From: Myxococcota bacterium
GTDB taxonomy: Bacteria; Myxococcota_A; UBA9160; SZUA-336
DNA: 64,000 bases
Assembly (NCBI GenBank): GCA_965247115.1
Contig: CBDFGR010000003.1
Coordinates: 1,696,001 to 1,760,000, forward strand
Reading direction: 5' to 3'
In this document: positions 9,671 through 19,414 of the stretch, piece by piece
How the letters are laid out: each line of letters begins with the position of its first letter
How positions within the stretch are numbered: the stretch's first letter is position 1
Notes under the pieces: generated by a model
Seen by the model: only the letters and a program-made list of their open reading frames with translations
Databases searched by the model: none
What the model was told of the DNA's origin: nothing
Position numbers and translations under genes: made by a program

Positions 9671-10843
9671 TCAGGTGCGCTGGACGAGACGGAGAAGGGC
9701 GATCTCGCGGGGGCAGTTGAGTCGGATTGGCGGGCCTGCGAGGCCGAGTCCGCGGTTGACGTAGAGGAGCGAGTCGTCGATCTGGAAGAGGCCGCGTGTC
9801 CAGTGGGCGACCAGGCGGGAGAGGTTCTGGTGCTGGGCACCGGGAAAGCTGATCTGGCCGCCATGCGTGTGGCCGGCAAGGGAGACGGGGAAGCCCAGGC
9901 GCGCCGCCTGGCGAAAGAAGCTCGGGCGGTGGACCAGGAGCAGGCGGGTCAGCTCGGCGGGGATCTCTTTTGCTATTCGCTCGAGCTCCGGGCTCTCCGC
10001 GTCGCGCTCGGTCCAGCCGCGCCCCGGATCGTCGATGCCGGCCAGGCAGAGCGGGGCGCCGTCGACCTCGAGCAGCTTCCAGGAATCGCGCAGGAGACGG
10101 ATCGATGTTGCGCGTTCGATGCCGCGCGCGACCTCCTCCGTACCGGTATACACATCATGGTTTCCAAGCACCGCGTAGACGCCGTGGCGGGCACGGAGCG
10201 TCGCCAGCTCCTGGCAGCCCTCTTCGATGAACGTCGGGTTGAAGTCGAAGATGTCTCCCGTGATCACGGTCAGGTCGGGATCGAGCTCGTTTACCCTGCG
10301 CAGAAAACCACGCAGCAGCGGTGCGCGCAGCTGCGGCCCAATGTGAAGATCCGTGATGTGGGCGATGCGCAGGCCCGCAAGCGCCGCGGGCAGGTTCCGG
10401 ATCGGGAGGTCGAGGCGCTCAACGGACACGCGCCGCTGGCCCACCATGTAGCCCCAGAGGATCGAGCCAAAACCGAAGGTCACTGCCAGAGCGCCGCCAC
10501 CGACCAGAGCCGACTCCAGGACCGGCCGACTTTCGAGCGGCGGAAGCAGCCAGAGCAGGGCACCGCCCAGCCCGAACACCACGAACAGCGGCGGTCCGCT
10601 CAAGAGCGCTCCCAGGCTGGAGAGCATCCATACCCGACCGAGCACCAGGGTACGTCTGCGGCCCCGCGCGAAGCCGCGCAGCGAGACGAGCAATGCTGCG
10701 TTCCCGACCGCCAGACCCACCACGCACGCGAGCGCCGCGAGCAGGCTGAGGCCAGCACCGGTCAGCGCAAGGAGCAGCCAGTGAATGGCGAGCGCCTCGG
10801 AGCTGACCACCAGCAGCAGCGCCATCCACAAGTAGTGTTGCAT
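9671..10843 (-). CDS. Membrane-anchored metallophosphoesterase (YkuE-like)
   Basis: DLH, GD, GNHD and GHTHGGQ motifs; N-terminal TM helices. Confidence 0.9.
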   Translation of the reverse strand: MQHYLWMALLLVVSSEALAIHWLLLALTGAGLSLLAALACVVGLAVGNAALLVSLRGFARGRRRTLVLGRVWMLSSLGALLSGPPLFVVFGLGGALLWLLPPLESRPVLESALVGGGALAVTFGFGSILWGYMVGQRRVSVERLDLPIRNLPAALAGLRIAHITDLHIGPQLRAPLLRGFLRRVNELDPDLTVITGDIFDFNPTFIEEGCQELATLRARHGVYAVLGNHDVYTGTEEVARGIERATSIRLLRDSWKLLEVDGAPLCLAGIDDPGRGWTERDAESPELERIAKEIPAELTRLLLVHRPSFFRQAARLGFPVSLAGHTHGGQISFPGAQHQNLSRLVAHWTRGLFQIDDSLLYVNRGLGLAGPPIRLNCPREIALLRLVQRT

Positions 10844-10859
10844 CCGGGCGCAGTCTACC

Positions 10860-11618
10860 TCAGGCCGGAGCGACCAGCTTCCAGCCGTCCCACAGGACGA
10901 GGCGCAGCGCGACCAGCGTGAGCGCGCCCCGGTACAGGAGGTCGAAGGAGCGTTCGTCGACTCGTTCCAGCATGCGACTGCCCACCAGGGTACCGACAAT
11001 GACAGCCAACCACATCGACACCAGGAGCGGCACGTACGCGCCGAACGCGAAGCCAGCGAAGCCGAAGATCAGGGTCTTGGAGATGTGGCCGAGGGTCTGG
11101 GTTGCGGCTTTTGTTCCGACGACACCCTGTCTCGAGAGTCCCAGGTTGAGGAAGAACGGGGCTGCGAGCGGTCCCGTCGCTCCGATGAGCAGACCGAGAA
11201 AGCCGACCACGCCGCCCAGTAGCACGAAGCGCCGTTCGGGCCGGATCTCGTCAGGATGTGTCCCCAGCATGAGCCACGCGGGCCGCCAGGTGGCGGCCAG
11301 GACGAAGAGCCCGATCAGCACTCGCGACGCGATGGGCGGCAGCGCGAAGGCAAGCTGTACTCCGAGGTAGCCCATGGGCAAGAGAAGCAGTGCGAAGCGC
11401 CAGGTGAAGCGCCACTCCACGTGACGTCGCTGGACGATGCTTCGCGACGCGTTCGACACGAGCTGAATCAGGCCGTGCAGTGCGATCGCGGTTACCGGCT
11501 CGAAGAAGAGCACCATCACACTCAGCAGGATGATCCCGCCGGCCATGCCGAGGATTGCCGACAGCACCGAGGACGCGAAGGCCGCCCCGATGAGGACGAA
11601 GAGCTCGGGTGTCTCCAG
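10860..11618 (-). CDS. TauE/SafE-family membrane exporter
   Basis: GMAGG and GATGP repeats, hydrophobic; first TM helix lies upstream of GTG 11567, probable CTG start at 11618. Confidence 0.85.
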   Translation of the reverse strand: METPELFVLIGAAFASSVLSAILGMAGGIILLSVMVLFFEPVTAIALHGLIQLVSNASRSIVQRRHVEWRFTWRFALLLLPMGYLGVQLAFALPPIASRVLIGLFVLAATWRPAWLMLGTHPDEIRPERRFVLLGGVVGFLGLLIGATGPLAAPFFLNLGLSRQGVVGTKAATQTLGHISKTLIFGFAGFAFGAYVPLLVSMWLAVIVGTLVGSRMLERVDERSFDLLYRGALTLVALRLVLWDGWKLVAPA

Positions 11619-11627
11619 CTCCAGACC

Positions 11628-12296
11628 TCAGGGCTGGAGGCGGGCGACTGTCCACTCCCCGCCGTCGAACCCGTCTCCTCGCGCGCTGAGCTCCCTGCAG
11701 AAGAGCGCGCGATCGTGCGCGCGACCCTCTGCCCCGACCCAGAACTCGATGCGTTCGAAGAAGAGCCGGTAGCCGGCCCAGTCCGGCGGGTGCGGGATCT
11801 GCTCGGTCCCCTCTTCCCCAAAGCGTTGCTCCGCGGCTTTCAGCTGCTCGAGGAAGGTCTCGCGCGAGGCAATGGGCTCACTCTGGTGGCTTGCCCACGC
11901 CGCGATCTGCACCGGTCGAGCTCGAGCCGAGAAATAGCCATCGAACTCATCCTCTGGCGAAGGACCCACGGATCCCTCGATGCGGACCTGTCGCTGCAGC
12001 TCGTCCCAATGGAATACCGCCGCGGCCCTGCGGTTCCCCTGTAGGGCGCGGCCTTTGCGGCTCTTGCGGTTCGTGAAGAACACGACGAAGCCGCGACTGG
12101 CATCGTAGCCCCGACACAGCACGACGCGCGCGGAGAGCACGCCGGCGGCGTCGATCGTCGCGAGCGTCATCGAGCCCGGATTGCGCTGAACGCGCTGGTC
12201 GTACGCTTCACTGATCCAGCGCGAAAGCAGCGGAAGCGGCGAGTCGGGCAGGGGGTCGGCCAACGAGGGATCTTCCGGAACGTCGCGATAGCGCAT
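11628..12296 (-). CDS. pdxH: Pyridoxine/pyridoxamine 5'-phosphate oxidase
   Basis: MTLAT, ARVVL, FFTNRKSRK, RQVRIEG, EFWVG...HDR, RLQP. Confidence 0.95.
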   Translation of the reverse strand: MRYRDVPEDPSLADPLPDSPLPLLSRWISEAYDQRVQRNPGSMTLATIDAAGVLSARVVLCRGYDASRGFVVFFTNRKSRKGRALQGNRRAAAVFHWDELQRQVRIEGSVGPSPEDEFDGYFSARARPVQIAAWASHQSEPIASRETFLEQLKAAEQRFGEEGTEQIPHPPDWAGYRLFFERIEFWVGAEGRAHDRALFCRELSARGDGFDGGEWTVARLQP

Positions 12297-12320
12297 CGGT
12301 TGGGCAGTATACTTGCTACC

Positions 12321-12501
12321 TGTGGGACCCGGCGCGCGGGCGTCCGCGCGCCACCCACCTACGCTCGCCTACGGCTCGCTGCGCGCGCCGCTGTCGCGGT
12401 GCTTGCGGGGAGGCGCTAGGTACGGGTCTTCGGCTCGTTGCGCGCCGCTATCGCGGCGCTTGCGGGGAGGGAGCTAGGTGCGCCGTCTTCGGCTCGTTGC
12501 G
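12321..12501 (+). repeat. REP-like element A followed by a ~59-bp tandem repeat (about 2.2 units)
   Basis: TGTGGGACCCGGCGCGCG head; unit CGGCTCG.TGCGCG..CCGCT.TCGCGG.GCTTGCGGGGAGG..GCTAGGT...GTCTT repeated. Confidence 0.8.
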
Positions 12502-12535
12502 GCAGGAGGCGGCGGGCTTGCTAGACTGCCGCGAG

Positions 12536-12853
12536 ATGGCCGAGCTCCGCGAGATCTATCAGAAGGCCTTCGACGCCTTTATTCGGCAGGAATACGACGG
12601 GGCGGTCGAAGGCTACCTAGCTCTGATCGAGGCCGATCCGAGCTTCGTCCTCGCCTATCAGGGACTCGCCGAGGTCTACTCGAGGCAGGACAAGCTCGAC
12701 CTGGCGATCGAGACCATCCAGAAAGCGATCGAGCTGGATCCGAACGAGTCGCTCTACCACACCAGCCTCTCTCGTTTCCTGCAGCGTCAGGGAAAGGTCC
12801 CGGAGGCGGAGGCGGCTGCGGCGGACGCGGCTCGAATCCAGGCAAAACCCTGA
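12536..12853 (+). CDS. Small TPR protein
   Basis: TPR pattern AYQGLAEVY...AIELDPN. Confidence 0.85.
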   Translation: MAELREIYQKAFDAFIRQEYDGAVEGYLALIEADPSFVLAYQGLAEVYSRQDKLDLAIETIQKAIELDPNESLYHTSLSRFLQRQGKVPEAEAAAADAARIQAKP

Positions 12854-12858
12854 GTCTG

Positions 12859-13872
12859 ATGCGGCAGATCGATCTGCGCAGCGACACCGTGACGCGCCCG
12901 AGCGAGGCCATGCTCGACGCGATGGTGCGCGCAGAGGTCGGTGACGACGTCTACGGCGAGGATCCCACAATCAACCGGCTGCAGGAGCTCGCGGCCGAAC
13001 GGCTCGGCAAGGAGGCGGCGCTGTTCGTGCCGAGCGGGACGATGGCGAACCAGGTCGCGCTCGGGGTGCACACGCACCACGGCGACGCGGTGATTGCCGG
13101 GCAAGGCGCCCACATGTTCTTGCACGAGGCGGCCGCGGGAGCTGCGCTCTCGGGCGTGCAGTTTACACTCGTTGGAGCGGATGGGTTCTTCGGCCCGGAG
13201 GATGTGCAGGCTGCCGCCTTCCCCTTGGACCAGCACTTCCCGCGCACGCGTCTCGTGTGTATCGAGAACACGCACAACTCGAGCGGCGGCCGTGTCTTCC
13301 CCCTCCCGCGCGTGCTCGAGGTGGCCGCGGCCGCACGCGAGCGAGACCTGGTGCTACACCTCGACGGGGCCCGCATCTTCAATGTCGAAGTCGCCACGGG
13401 GATCCCTGCAGCGGAATGGGCGGCGCCGTTCGATTCGGTCTCGTTCTGCCTGTCCAAGGGCCTCGGGGCACCGATTGGCTCGCTCGTCTTGGGGACGAGC
13501 GACTTCATTGCGAAGGCGCACAAGCTGCGCAAGATGTTCGGCGGAGGCATGCGCCAGGTCGGCTCCCTTGGCGCGGCAGGGATCTATGCGCTGGAGCACA
13601 ACGTGAAGCGGCTCGCCGAGGATCACGCGAATGCACGACTCCTTGCCGAGGGACTGCGCGCGGCTCCAGGGGTGGAGCTGGTGCGCGAGCCGGAGACGAA
13701 CATGGTGCTGTTTCGCCCGGCCGAGCCGGGCACCTTCTCGGCGCGTATCGCGGAGCGCGGCTTACTCATCAACGCGAACGCACCCGGGGTCATGCGAGCG
13801 GTGACCCACCTCGACGTATCTTGTGATGACGTCGAGACGGCGGCGGAGATCATCCGCGAGGTCTGCACGTGA
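12859..13872 (+). CDS. ltaE: Low-specificity L-threonine aldolase
   Basis: DLRSDTVT, SGTMAN, HLDGARIFN, CLSKGLGAP, GGGMRQ. Confidence 0.95.
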   Translation: MRQIDLRSDTVTRPSEAMLDAMVRAEVGDDVYGEDPTINRLQELAAERLGKEAALFVPSGTMANQVALGVHTHHGDAVIAGQGAHMFLHEAAAGAALSGVQFTLVGADGFFGPEDVQAAAFPLDQHFPRTRLVCIENTHNSSGGRVFPLPRVLEVAAAARERDLVLHLDGARIFNVEVATGIPAAEWAAPFDSVSFCLSKGLGAPIGSLVLGTSDFIAKAHKLRKMFGGGMRQVGSLGAAGIYALEHNVKRLAEDHANARLLAEGLRAAPGVELVREPETNMVLFRPAEPGTFSARIAERGLLINANAPGVMRAVTHLDVSCDDVETAAEIIREVCT

Positions 13873-14291
13873 GTACGGCAAAATCCCAGGGCCTGCGCTT
13901 CGAGTGCACGCAGTGCGGGGAATGCTGCACGAATCGCGGCGAGTACGCGCACGTCTACGTGGGCACTGCCGAGGTCCGCGCACTGGCTCGGTTGCTGGGC
14001 AAGAGCGTGTCGGACTTTCGGCGCGAGCACACCTTTGTGGACGAGTACGGCTGGACCCAGCTAGCCTTCACGGGGGATGGCTGCTGCTTCCTCGACGGGG
14101 TTCGCTGTCGCGTGTACGGAGCGCGTCCGACGCAGTGTCGGACCTTTCCTTTCTGGCGGGATCTCGTGAAGGACGGCGAGTGGACCCAGGAGGCGCGGGA
14201 GCTCTGCGAGGGCGTCGGACGCGGACGTCTCTATGACCTGGATGAGGCGGAGGAGCTGATCGTTGCGTTCGAGAGATCCGATGAGGACTAG
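13869..14291 (+). CDS. YkgJ-family cysteine cluster protein
   Basis: CTQCGECC...CCFL...CRVYGARPTQCRTFPFW. Confidence 0.92.
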   Translation: MSTAKSQGLRFECTQCGECCTNRGEYAHVYVGTAEVRALARLLGKSVSDFRREHTFVDEYGWTQLAFTGDGCCFLDGVRCRVYGARPTQCRTFPFWRDLVKDGEWTQEARELCEGVGRGRLYDLDEAEELIVAFERSDED

Positions 14292-14296
14292 TCACC

Positions 14297-14830
14297 TTGG
14301 GTAGCTCTTATCTGACCAGAGCTCGCTGGACCCGGCGCGACCTGCTGGTTGGCGGAGTCGCGAGCCTTGGTGTGCTCGCACTGCCGACCCGGCCGCGTGC
14401 GCAAGAGCTCTCGGAGCAGACCCGGGCTGCCCTCGAGCAGAGTCCGTTCGTGTACATCTCGCCGCTTCGTTCGGACGGCGCGGAGAGCCGCTGTCACGGC
14501 GAGGTCTGGTTCCACTTCGATCGCGGCTCGGTTCTGATCGTGACGAAAGCGAGCACCTGGAAGAGCCGCGCGCTCTCGGCAGGACTTGATCTCGCGCGGA
14601 TCTGGGTGGGTAACTTCGGTTCCGTGCGGCGTGCCGGTGAGCGCTTCCGGAGTGCGCCCGTCTTCACCGGGAAGGCCGTGAGTGGCAAGGACGATGCTGC
14701 CTTCGAACGCCTGCTCGCCGGCTTCGGCAAGAAGTATCCGGCAGAGTGGGGTAGGTGGGAGCCTCGCTTCCGGCGCGGCTACGCCGACGACTCGCGCGTG
14801 CTGATCCGCTACGAGCCAACGGGCGCGTGA
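14297..14830 (+). CDS. Tat-exported hypothetical protein (possibly split-barrel fold)
   Basis: TRRDLLVGG twin-arginine signal; YISPLRSDG...CHGEVWF. Confidence 0.65.
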   Translation: MGSSYLTRARWTRRDLLVGGVASLGVLALPTRPRAQELSEQTRAALEQSPFVYISPLRSDGAESRCHGEVWFHFDRGSVLIVTKASTWKSRALSAGLDLARIWVGNFGSVRRAGERFRSAPVFTGKAVSGKDDAAFERLLAGFGKKYPAEWGRWEPRFRRGYADDSRVLIRYEPTGA

Positions 14831-16347
14831 GCTCGGTCGAGCTCCCGGTAGCCGATGGCCTCGGCAAGCCGGGCCGCGCTGATCGAGTCCTCTCCGGCGA
14901 GGTCCGCGATGGTTCGGGCCACCCGCATCACCCTGACATAGGCCCGCATGGAGAGCCCGAGCTTCAGCACGGCTTGCTCGAGAAGGGTGAGTGCCCCGTC
15001 GCCGAGCCTGCAGTGGCGCTCGAGGTCGCGCGCAGGCAGGTCCGCGTTCAGCGCATAGGGCTCGCGCGCGTAGCGGTGCGATTGTCGGGTGCGAGCCTCG
15101 GCTACGCGCGCAGCCACGGTACGGCTCGGCTCACTGGAAGCGCCGTGACCTATCATGTGCCGCCAGGGCACGGGCGAGACGAGGACATGCAGGTCGATCC
15201 GATCGAGCAGGGGTCCCGAGAGCCGGACGCGGTAGCGCCTGAGCTGCGACTCGTCGCAGCTGCACTCTCGCTCCGGGTCTCCCCGAAAGCCACAAGGACA
15301 CGGATTCATGGCGGCGATGAGCTGGAAGCGCGCGGGCAGGCGCATGGCTCCCTGAGCGCGGACGAGGCGGACCTCGCCCTCTTCGAGGGGCTGGCGTAGC
15401 GCATCGAGCACTGGCCGCCGAAACTCCGCGAGCTCGTCCAGGAACAGCACGCCGCGATGCGCGAGCGAGATCTCTCCTGGACGCAGCGGGCGTCCGCCCC
15501 CGGCGAGCCCCGCGTCGGACGTGGAGTGGTGGGGCGCTCGGAAGGGTGGGCGCGAGATCAGACTGCCTTCGGGGAGCGTGCCGGCCACGCTGTGAACGCG
15601 AGTGGTCTCCAGGGCCTCCCCGAAGGTGAGGTCCGGTAGCAACCCGGGCAGGCGCCTGGCGAGCAGCGTCTTGCCGCTGCCGGGCGGTCCGATCATGAGC
15701 GCGTTGTGGCGGCCCGCGGCTGCGATCTCCAGGGCCCGCCGGGCGGTCTCCTGGCCATAGACGTCGGCCAGGTCGGGTCCCGCGAGTGGCCCTGGCTCGC
15801 ACGCCCTGGGGAGCTCGTCGCGGGTCATGAGCGGCCCCTCGCCCAGCAGGAACTCGATGACCGCTGTGAAGGTGGGGGCCCCCAGGGCCTCGAGATCCGG
15901 ACAGTGGGACGCCTCGCGCAGGTTCGTCGTGGGAACGACCGCCGCCGAGATCGGTGGTCGGCAGGCGACGCCGAGCATCTCGAGGACGCCGCGCACGGGG
16001 CGGACCGCCCCATCCAGACCGAGCTCGCCCAGGTAGAGCGTGCGCTCCAGCTGCTCGATCGTGCGTCCCTGATGAGCCAGCGCAATCCCGATCGCCAGGG
16101 GCAGATCGAGGGCGGCGCCCGCCTTCGGGAGGTCCGTCGGGGCGAGGTTCACAGTCACCCGACCTGCAGGAAAGTCCAGTCCGGACTGGCGGAAGGCCGA
16201 GCGGACGCGAGCCCGGCTCTCGTTCACGACCCGATCGGGCTGCCCCACAATATTGAACGCGGGCAGCCCGTCTCCGACGTCTACCTCGATGGCGACACGA
16301 ATGCCCTCGATGCCCAGCAAGCTTGCACCGTAGGTGCGGACCAACAT
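14809..16347 (-). CDS. yifB: YifB/ComM-family Mg-chelatase-like AAA+ ATPase
   Basis: VTVNLAP, GPPGSGKT, PFRAPHHS, FLDE, AAMNPCPCG, SGPLLDRID. Confidence 0.93.
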   Translation of the reverse strand: MLVRTYGASLLGIEGIRVAIEVDVGDGLPAFNIVGQPDRVVNESRARVRSAFRQSGLDFPAGRVTVNLAPTDLPKAGAALDLPLAIGIALAHQGRTIEQLERTLYLGELGLDGAVRPVRGVLEMLGVACRPPISAAVVPTTNLREASHCPDLEALGAPTFTAVIEFLLGEGPLMTRDELPRACEPGPLAGPDLADVYGQETARRALEIAAAGRHNALMIGPPGSGKTLLARRLPGLLPDLTFGEALETTRVHSVAGTLPEGSLISRPPFRAPHHSTSDAGLAGGGRPLRPGEISLAHRGVLFLDELAEFRRPVLDALRQPLEEGEVRLVRAQGAMRLPARFQLIAAMNPCPCGFRGDPERECSCDESQLRRYRVRLSGPLLDRIDLHVLVSPVPWRHMIGHGASSEPSRTVAARVAEARTRQSHRYAREPYALNADLPARDLERHCRLGDGALTLLEQAVLKLGLSMRAYVRVMRVARTIADLAGEDSISAARLAEAIGYRELDRAHAPVGS

Positions 16348-16424
16348 GTTGCGTGCCCCTCCCGGTGGCCGATGCGGGCGGGCCGCGTACCCTCCCCTGC
16401 GGGGGTGACGTGGGGGGAACGAAC

Positions 16425-17381
16425 GTGACGGGCTGGGGCTTGATCGTGGCCCTGCTGCTCGCGCTTGGCTGCGGCACGGGAGATCCCGCCGCACAGGCGA
16501 GCAGCGGAGAGAGAGGCTTCGACGGCGAGCGGGCCTTTCGCGATCTCGTGGATCAGGTTCGGATCGGGTCGCGCCCGGCCGGTTCACCGGGCGCTGCGCG
16601 TACGCGCGAGCTGATCCGGGAGCGCCTGCGCCAGGCGGGCTGGCGAACTCGAGATCACGACTTTGTTGCGCAACCACCGACGGGAGAGGCGGTTGCAATG
16701 ACGAACGTGATTGCCGAGAGAGAGGGCGAGCGGGAAGAGCTGATCCTGCTGGGCACGCACTACGACACCAAGCGCATCCCCGGCATCCGCTTTCTCGGTG
16801 CGAACGACGGCGCATCGGGTACGGCGGTCCTGCTCGAGCTGGCGAGAGAGCTGGCCGCACGCCCGTTGCCGTTTGACGTGTGGCTTGTGTTCTTCGATGG
16901 GGAAGAGTCGTTTGGAGAGAACATCACTGCCGGAGACGGACTGTACGGAAGTCGCGCCCTCGCCGAGGCGATGCAGGCCGACGGGAGTTTCGAACGGATC
17001 GCCACGTTGATCCTCGTGGACATGGTGGCGGATGCCGACCTGAACCTCGCTGTGGACCTGAACTCGTCACCCGCCCTGCGTCGGATGCTGGGCGCTGCAA
17101 GTGAGGCGCTTGGCCTGGACTCGATCATCGATACGGGGGTGAACATCCGGCTGATAGACGACCACACTCCGTTTCAGCGCCGCGGCCTGGCAGCGACTCT
17201 AGCCGTCATCGACTTCCAATACGGAGGCGTCGGATCGCCTGGCGCGTACTGGCACACGGCGCTTGACGACCTGGACAAGGTCTCCGCAGAGAGCCTGAAT
17301 AGCGTGGGTCGTCTGCTGGTCGAAACACTGCAGCGAGTAGAGCGCGGTCTCATCGAGGCCGAGCGTGCGCGAGATGGCTAG
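16425..17381 (+). CDS. M28-family metallopeptidase/glutaminyl cyclase-like lipoprotein
   Basis: Lipobox LALGC; THYDTK, GANDGASG, FFDGEE, DMV, DDHTPF, YWHT. Confidence 0.85.
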   Translation: MTGWGLIVALLLALGCGTGDPAAQASSGERGFDGERAFRDLVDQVRIGSRPAGSPGAARTRELIRERLRQAGWRTRDHDFVAQPPTGEAVAMTNVIAEREGEREELILLGTHYDTKRIPGIRFLGANDGASGTAVLLELARELAARPLPFDVWLVFFDGEESFGENITAGDGLYGSRALAEAMQADGSFERIATLILVDMVADADLNLAVDLNSSPALRRMLGAASEALGLDSIIDTGVNIRLIDDHTPFQRRGLAATLAVIDFQYGGVGSPGAYWHTALDDLDKVSAESLNSVGRLLVETLQRVERGLIEAERARDG

Positions 17382-17438
17382 GACGCTATACATCTCCCGC
17401 CCCACACGGGCTGCGCGGAGGCCATGAAGGGAGAGCTG

Positions 17439-18089
17439 ATGCGAATTCGATCCGGGTTAGTTGCGTGCTTGTTGGGTTTTTCGCTCGTCGCATGTCAATC
17501 CCTCGACTCGAACAAGAAGAAGGGGGTCTTGCTGGGCACTCTCGCGGGTGCCGCGGCCGGCGCTGCGATAGGCGGTTCCGACCATCGGGCGGGGGGCGCG
17601 CTGATCGGCGCCGCGACGGGAGCGCTCGCGGGTGGCCTTATCGGAAATTACCTGGACAAGCAGGCTGCGGAGCTCGACGCCATTCCGGGTGCAGAGGTCG
17701 AGAAGCGTGACGACTCGATCCTCGTAAACTTCCAGAGCCAGCTGCTCTTCGACTCGGGCTCTTCGAGCCTGCACCCCGGCGCGTACGACCGACTGCGTTC
17801 ACTCGCGACAACGCTGAACAACTACCCGAAGAGTCACGTGATCATTAAGGGTCACACGGACGGCGAGGGGAGCGAGGGCTTCAACCAGCAGCTGTCCGAG
17901 CAACGCGCCGACCGTGTGAGGAACTTCCTCATCTCGGAAGGAGTCGCACCCTCGCGAATCACCTCGCTCGGGTTCGGCGAGTCCCTACCCGTCGCCACGA
18001 ATGCAACCCGGGAGGGCCGGGCTCAGAATCGTCGTGTTGAGCTCGAGATTCGTCCGGACGACGAGGTCATGCGCGGCAACGCCGGGTAG
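17439..18089 (+). CDS. OmpA-family lipoprotein with glycine zipper (YiaD-like)
   Basis: Lipobox LVAC, Gly-zipper, GHTD...NQQLSEQRA...QNRRVE. Confidence 0.92.
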   Translation: MRIRSGLVACLLGFSLVACQSLDSNKKKGVLLGTLAGAAAGAAIGGSDHRAGGALIGAATGALAGGLIGNYLDKQAAELDAIPGAEVEKRDDSILVNFQSQLLFDSGSSSLHPGAYDRLRSLATTLNNYPKSHVIIKGHTDGEGSEGFNQQLSEQRADRVRNFLISEGVAPSRITSLGFGESLPVATNATREGRAQNRRVELEIRPDDEVMRGNAG

Positions 18090-18115
18090 CAGCTCGTAGG
18101 CTCGGCCCACCCTTT

Positions 18116-19414
18116 ATGCGCCCAGATCCGCGCACGTGGCGGGCGACACCTCGGGCGGCGGTCCTCGCCCTGCTGCTGGGGTGTGCTGCGCCGGCGGCCG
18201 GGTTCGCTGCCGAGGAGGATGGGGTTCGCATCGTGATGGACTCCCCCGCCCCGGACGAGGTCGTTCGGGGCCGGACGGATCTGGCGCCCTTGGCGGGAGT
18301 GGCCACCGCCGGCAATCGTCCGACTCACTTCGACCTCATGCTCGTCATCGATGTCTCCGGCTCCACGCGTTACCCGAGCGGCATCGACGTGGACGGGGAC
18401 GGCTCCCTGGGTCAGCAGAAGGCAGCCTTGGTCTCGATCCTGGACACGGTGAATACCGACCCCGAGGACTCCATCCTCGCTGCGGAGATCGCGGGCGCGC
18501 GGAAGCTCCTGGAGCAGCTGGATCCGGAGCGGGTTCGGGTCGGAGTGATCTCCTTTTCCGGGGAGATCGACCCGGGGAGCGGTCGCCGCCACTCCGTCGA
18601 CCAGGTCGACTCTCTGCTCGAGCACCCCCTCTCTTCGGACTACGAGCGCGTGGCGATTGCCCTCGACGCCGTACAGCTGCGGGGCCCTCACGGCGGGACG
18701 AACATGGAGGCCGGTGTGAAGCGCGCCCTGCGCGAGCTCACGGGGATCGGGGGTGGGGTCTCTGTGCCCCAACCGCACTCCAAGAAGGTGATCCTGCTGA
18801 TGACGGACGGAAAGCCCTCTCTTCCGTTCGGGCGAGCGGATGTGGAGGATCCTGCAGACGTGGAGGCGGTCGTGGCCGCGGCACAGCTGGCCGGCTCAGC
18901 CGGGATCACCATCAACGTCTACGGGCTCGGTCCTGGCGCGATCGACTATCCCCACGCCGCCACTGAGGTGGCGCGCGCGACGGCGGGGTTGTACACACCC
19001 GTCCGTCGCCCTGGCGACATCGTGTCGTTACTCTCTGGCGTCTCGTTCGCGAACGTCGAGGACGTCGTAGCCGTGAACCTCACGCTGAGCGAGTGGACGG
19101 GTCAAGACGATATTCTGCTCCGTCCCGATGGCTCGTTTCGCGGCTTTGTTCCCGTGCGGCCCGGCCTGAATCGGATCCGGGTGTCCGCGCTGGCCTCCGA
19201 TGGCAGGCGCGGATCGACAGAGCTTGACATCATGTTTACACACCAGGACCTCAGTGACGGGGAGCTCGAGGTGGAGCTCGAGCGAATCCGCAGCCGTAGC
19301 CGCGAGCTCCAGCTGCTGATGGAGCGCGACCGCCAGGAGGCCTTCCGCAAGCGCGAGCGGGAACGAACGCTCGACATCGAGGTCGACGGAGGAGAGGGGG
19401 AGAGCCAGCCTTGA
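18116..19414 (+). CDS. Exported VWA-domain protein
   Basis: MIDAS DVSGS...GGTN...MTDG; signal peptide; C-terminal charged coiled coil. Confidence 0.88.
   Translation: MRPDPRTWRATPRAAVLALLLGCAAPAAGFAAEEDGVRIVMDSPAPDEVVRGRTDLAPLAGVATAGNRPTHFDLMLVIDVSGSTRYPSGIDVDGDGSLGQQKAALVSILDTVNTDPEDSILAAEIAGARKLLEQLDPERVRVGVISFSGEIDPGSGRRHSVDQVDSLLEHPLSSDYERVAIALDAVQLRGPHGGTNMEAGVKRALRELTGIGGGVSVPQPHSKKVILLMTDGKPSLPFGRADVEDPADVEAVVAAAQLAGSAGITINVYGLGPGAIDYPHAATEVARATAGLYTPVRRPGDIVSLLSGVSFANVEDVVAVNLTLSEWTGQDDILLRPDGSFRGFVPVRPGLNRIRVSALASDGRRGSTELDIMFTHQDLSDGELEVELERIRSRSRELQLLMERDRQEAFRKRERERTLDIEVDGGEGESQP

Noticed and set aside
11625..11630. pdxH TGA in frame with tauE, as possible Sec or readthrough fusion
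   Set aside because: PdxH ends at its normal RLQP terminus, there is no Cys context or SECIS, and a CTG start is simpler
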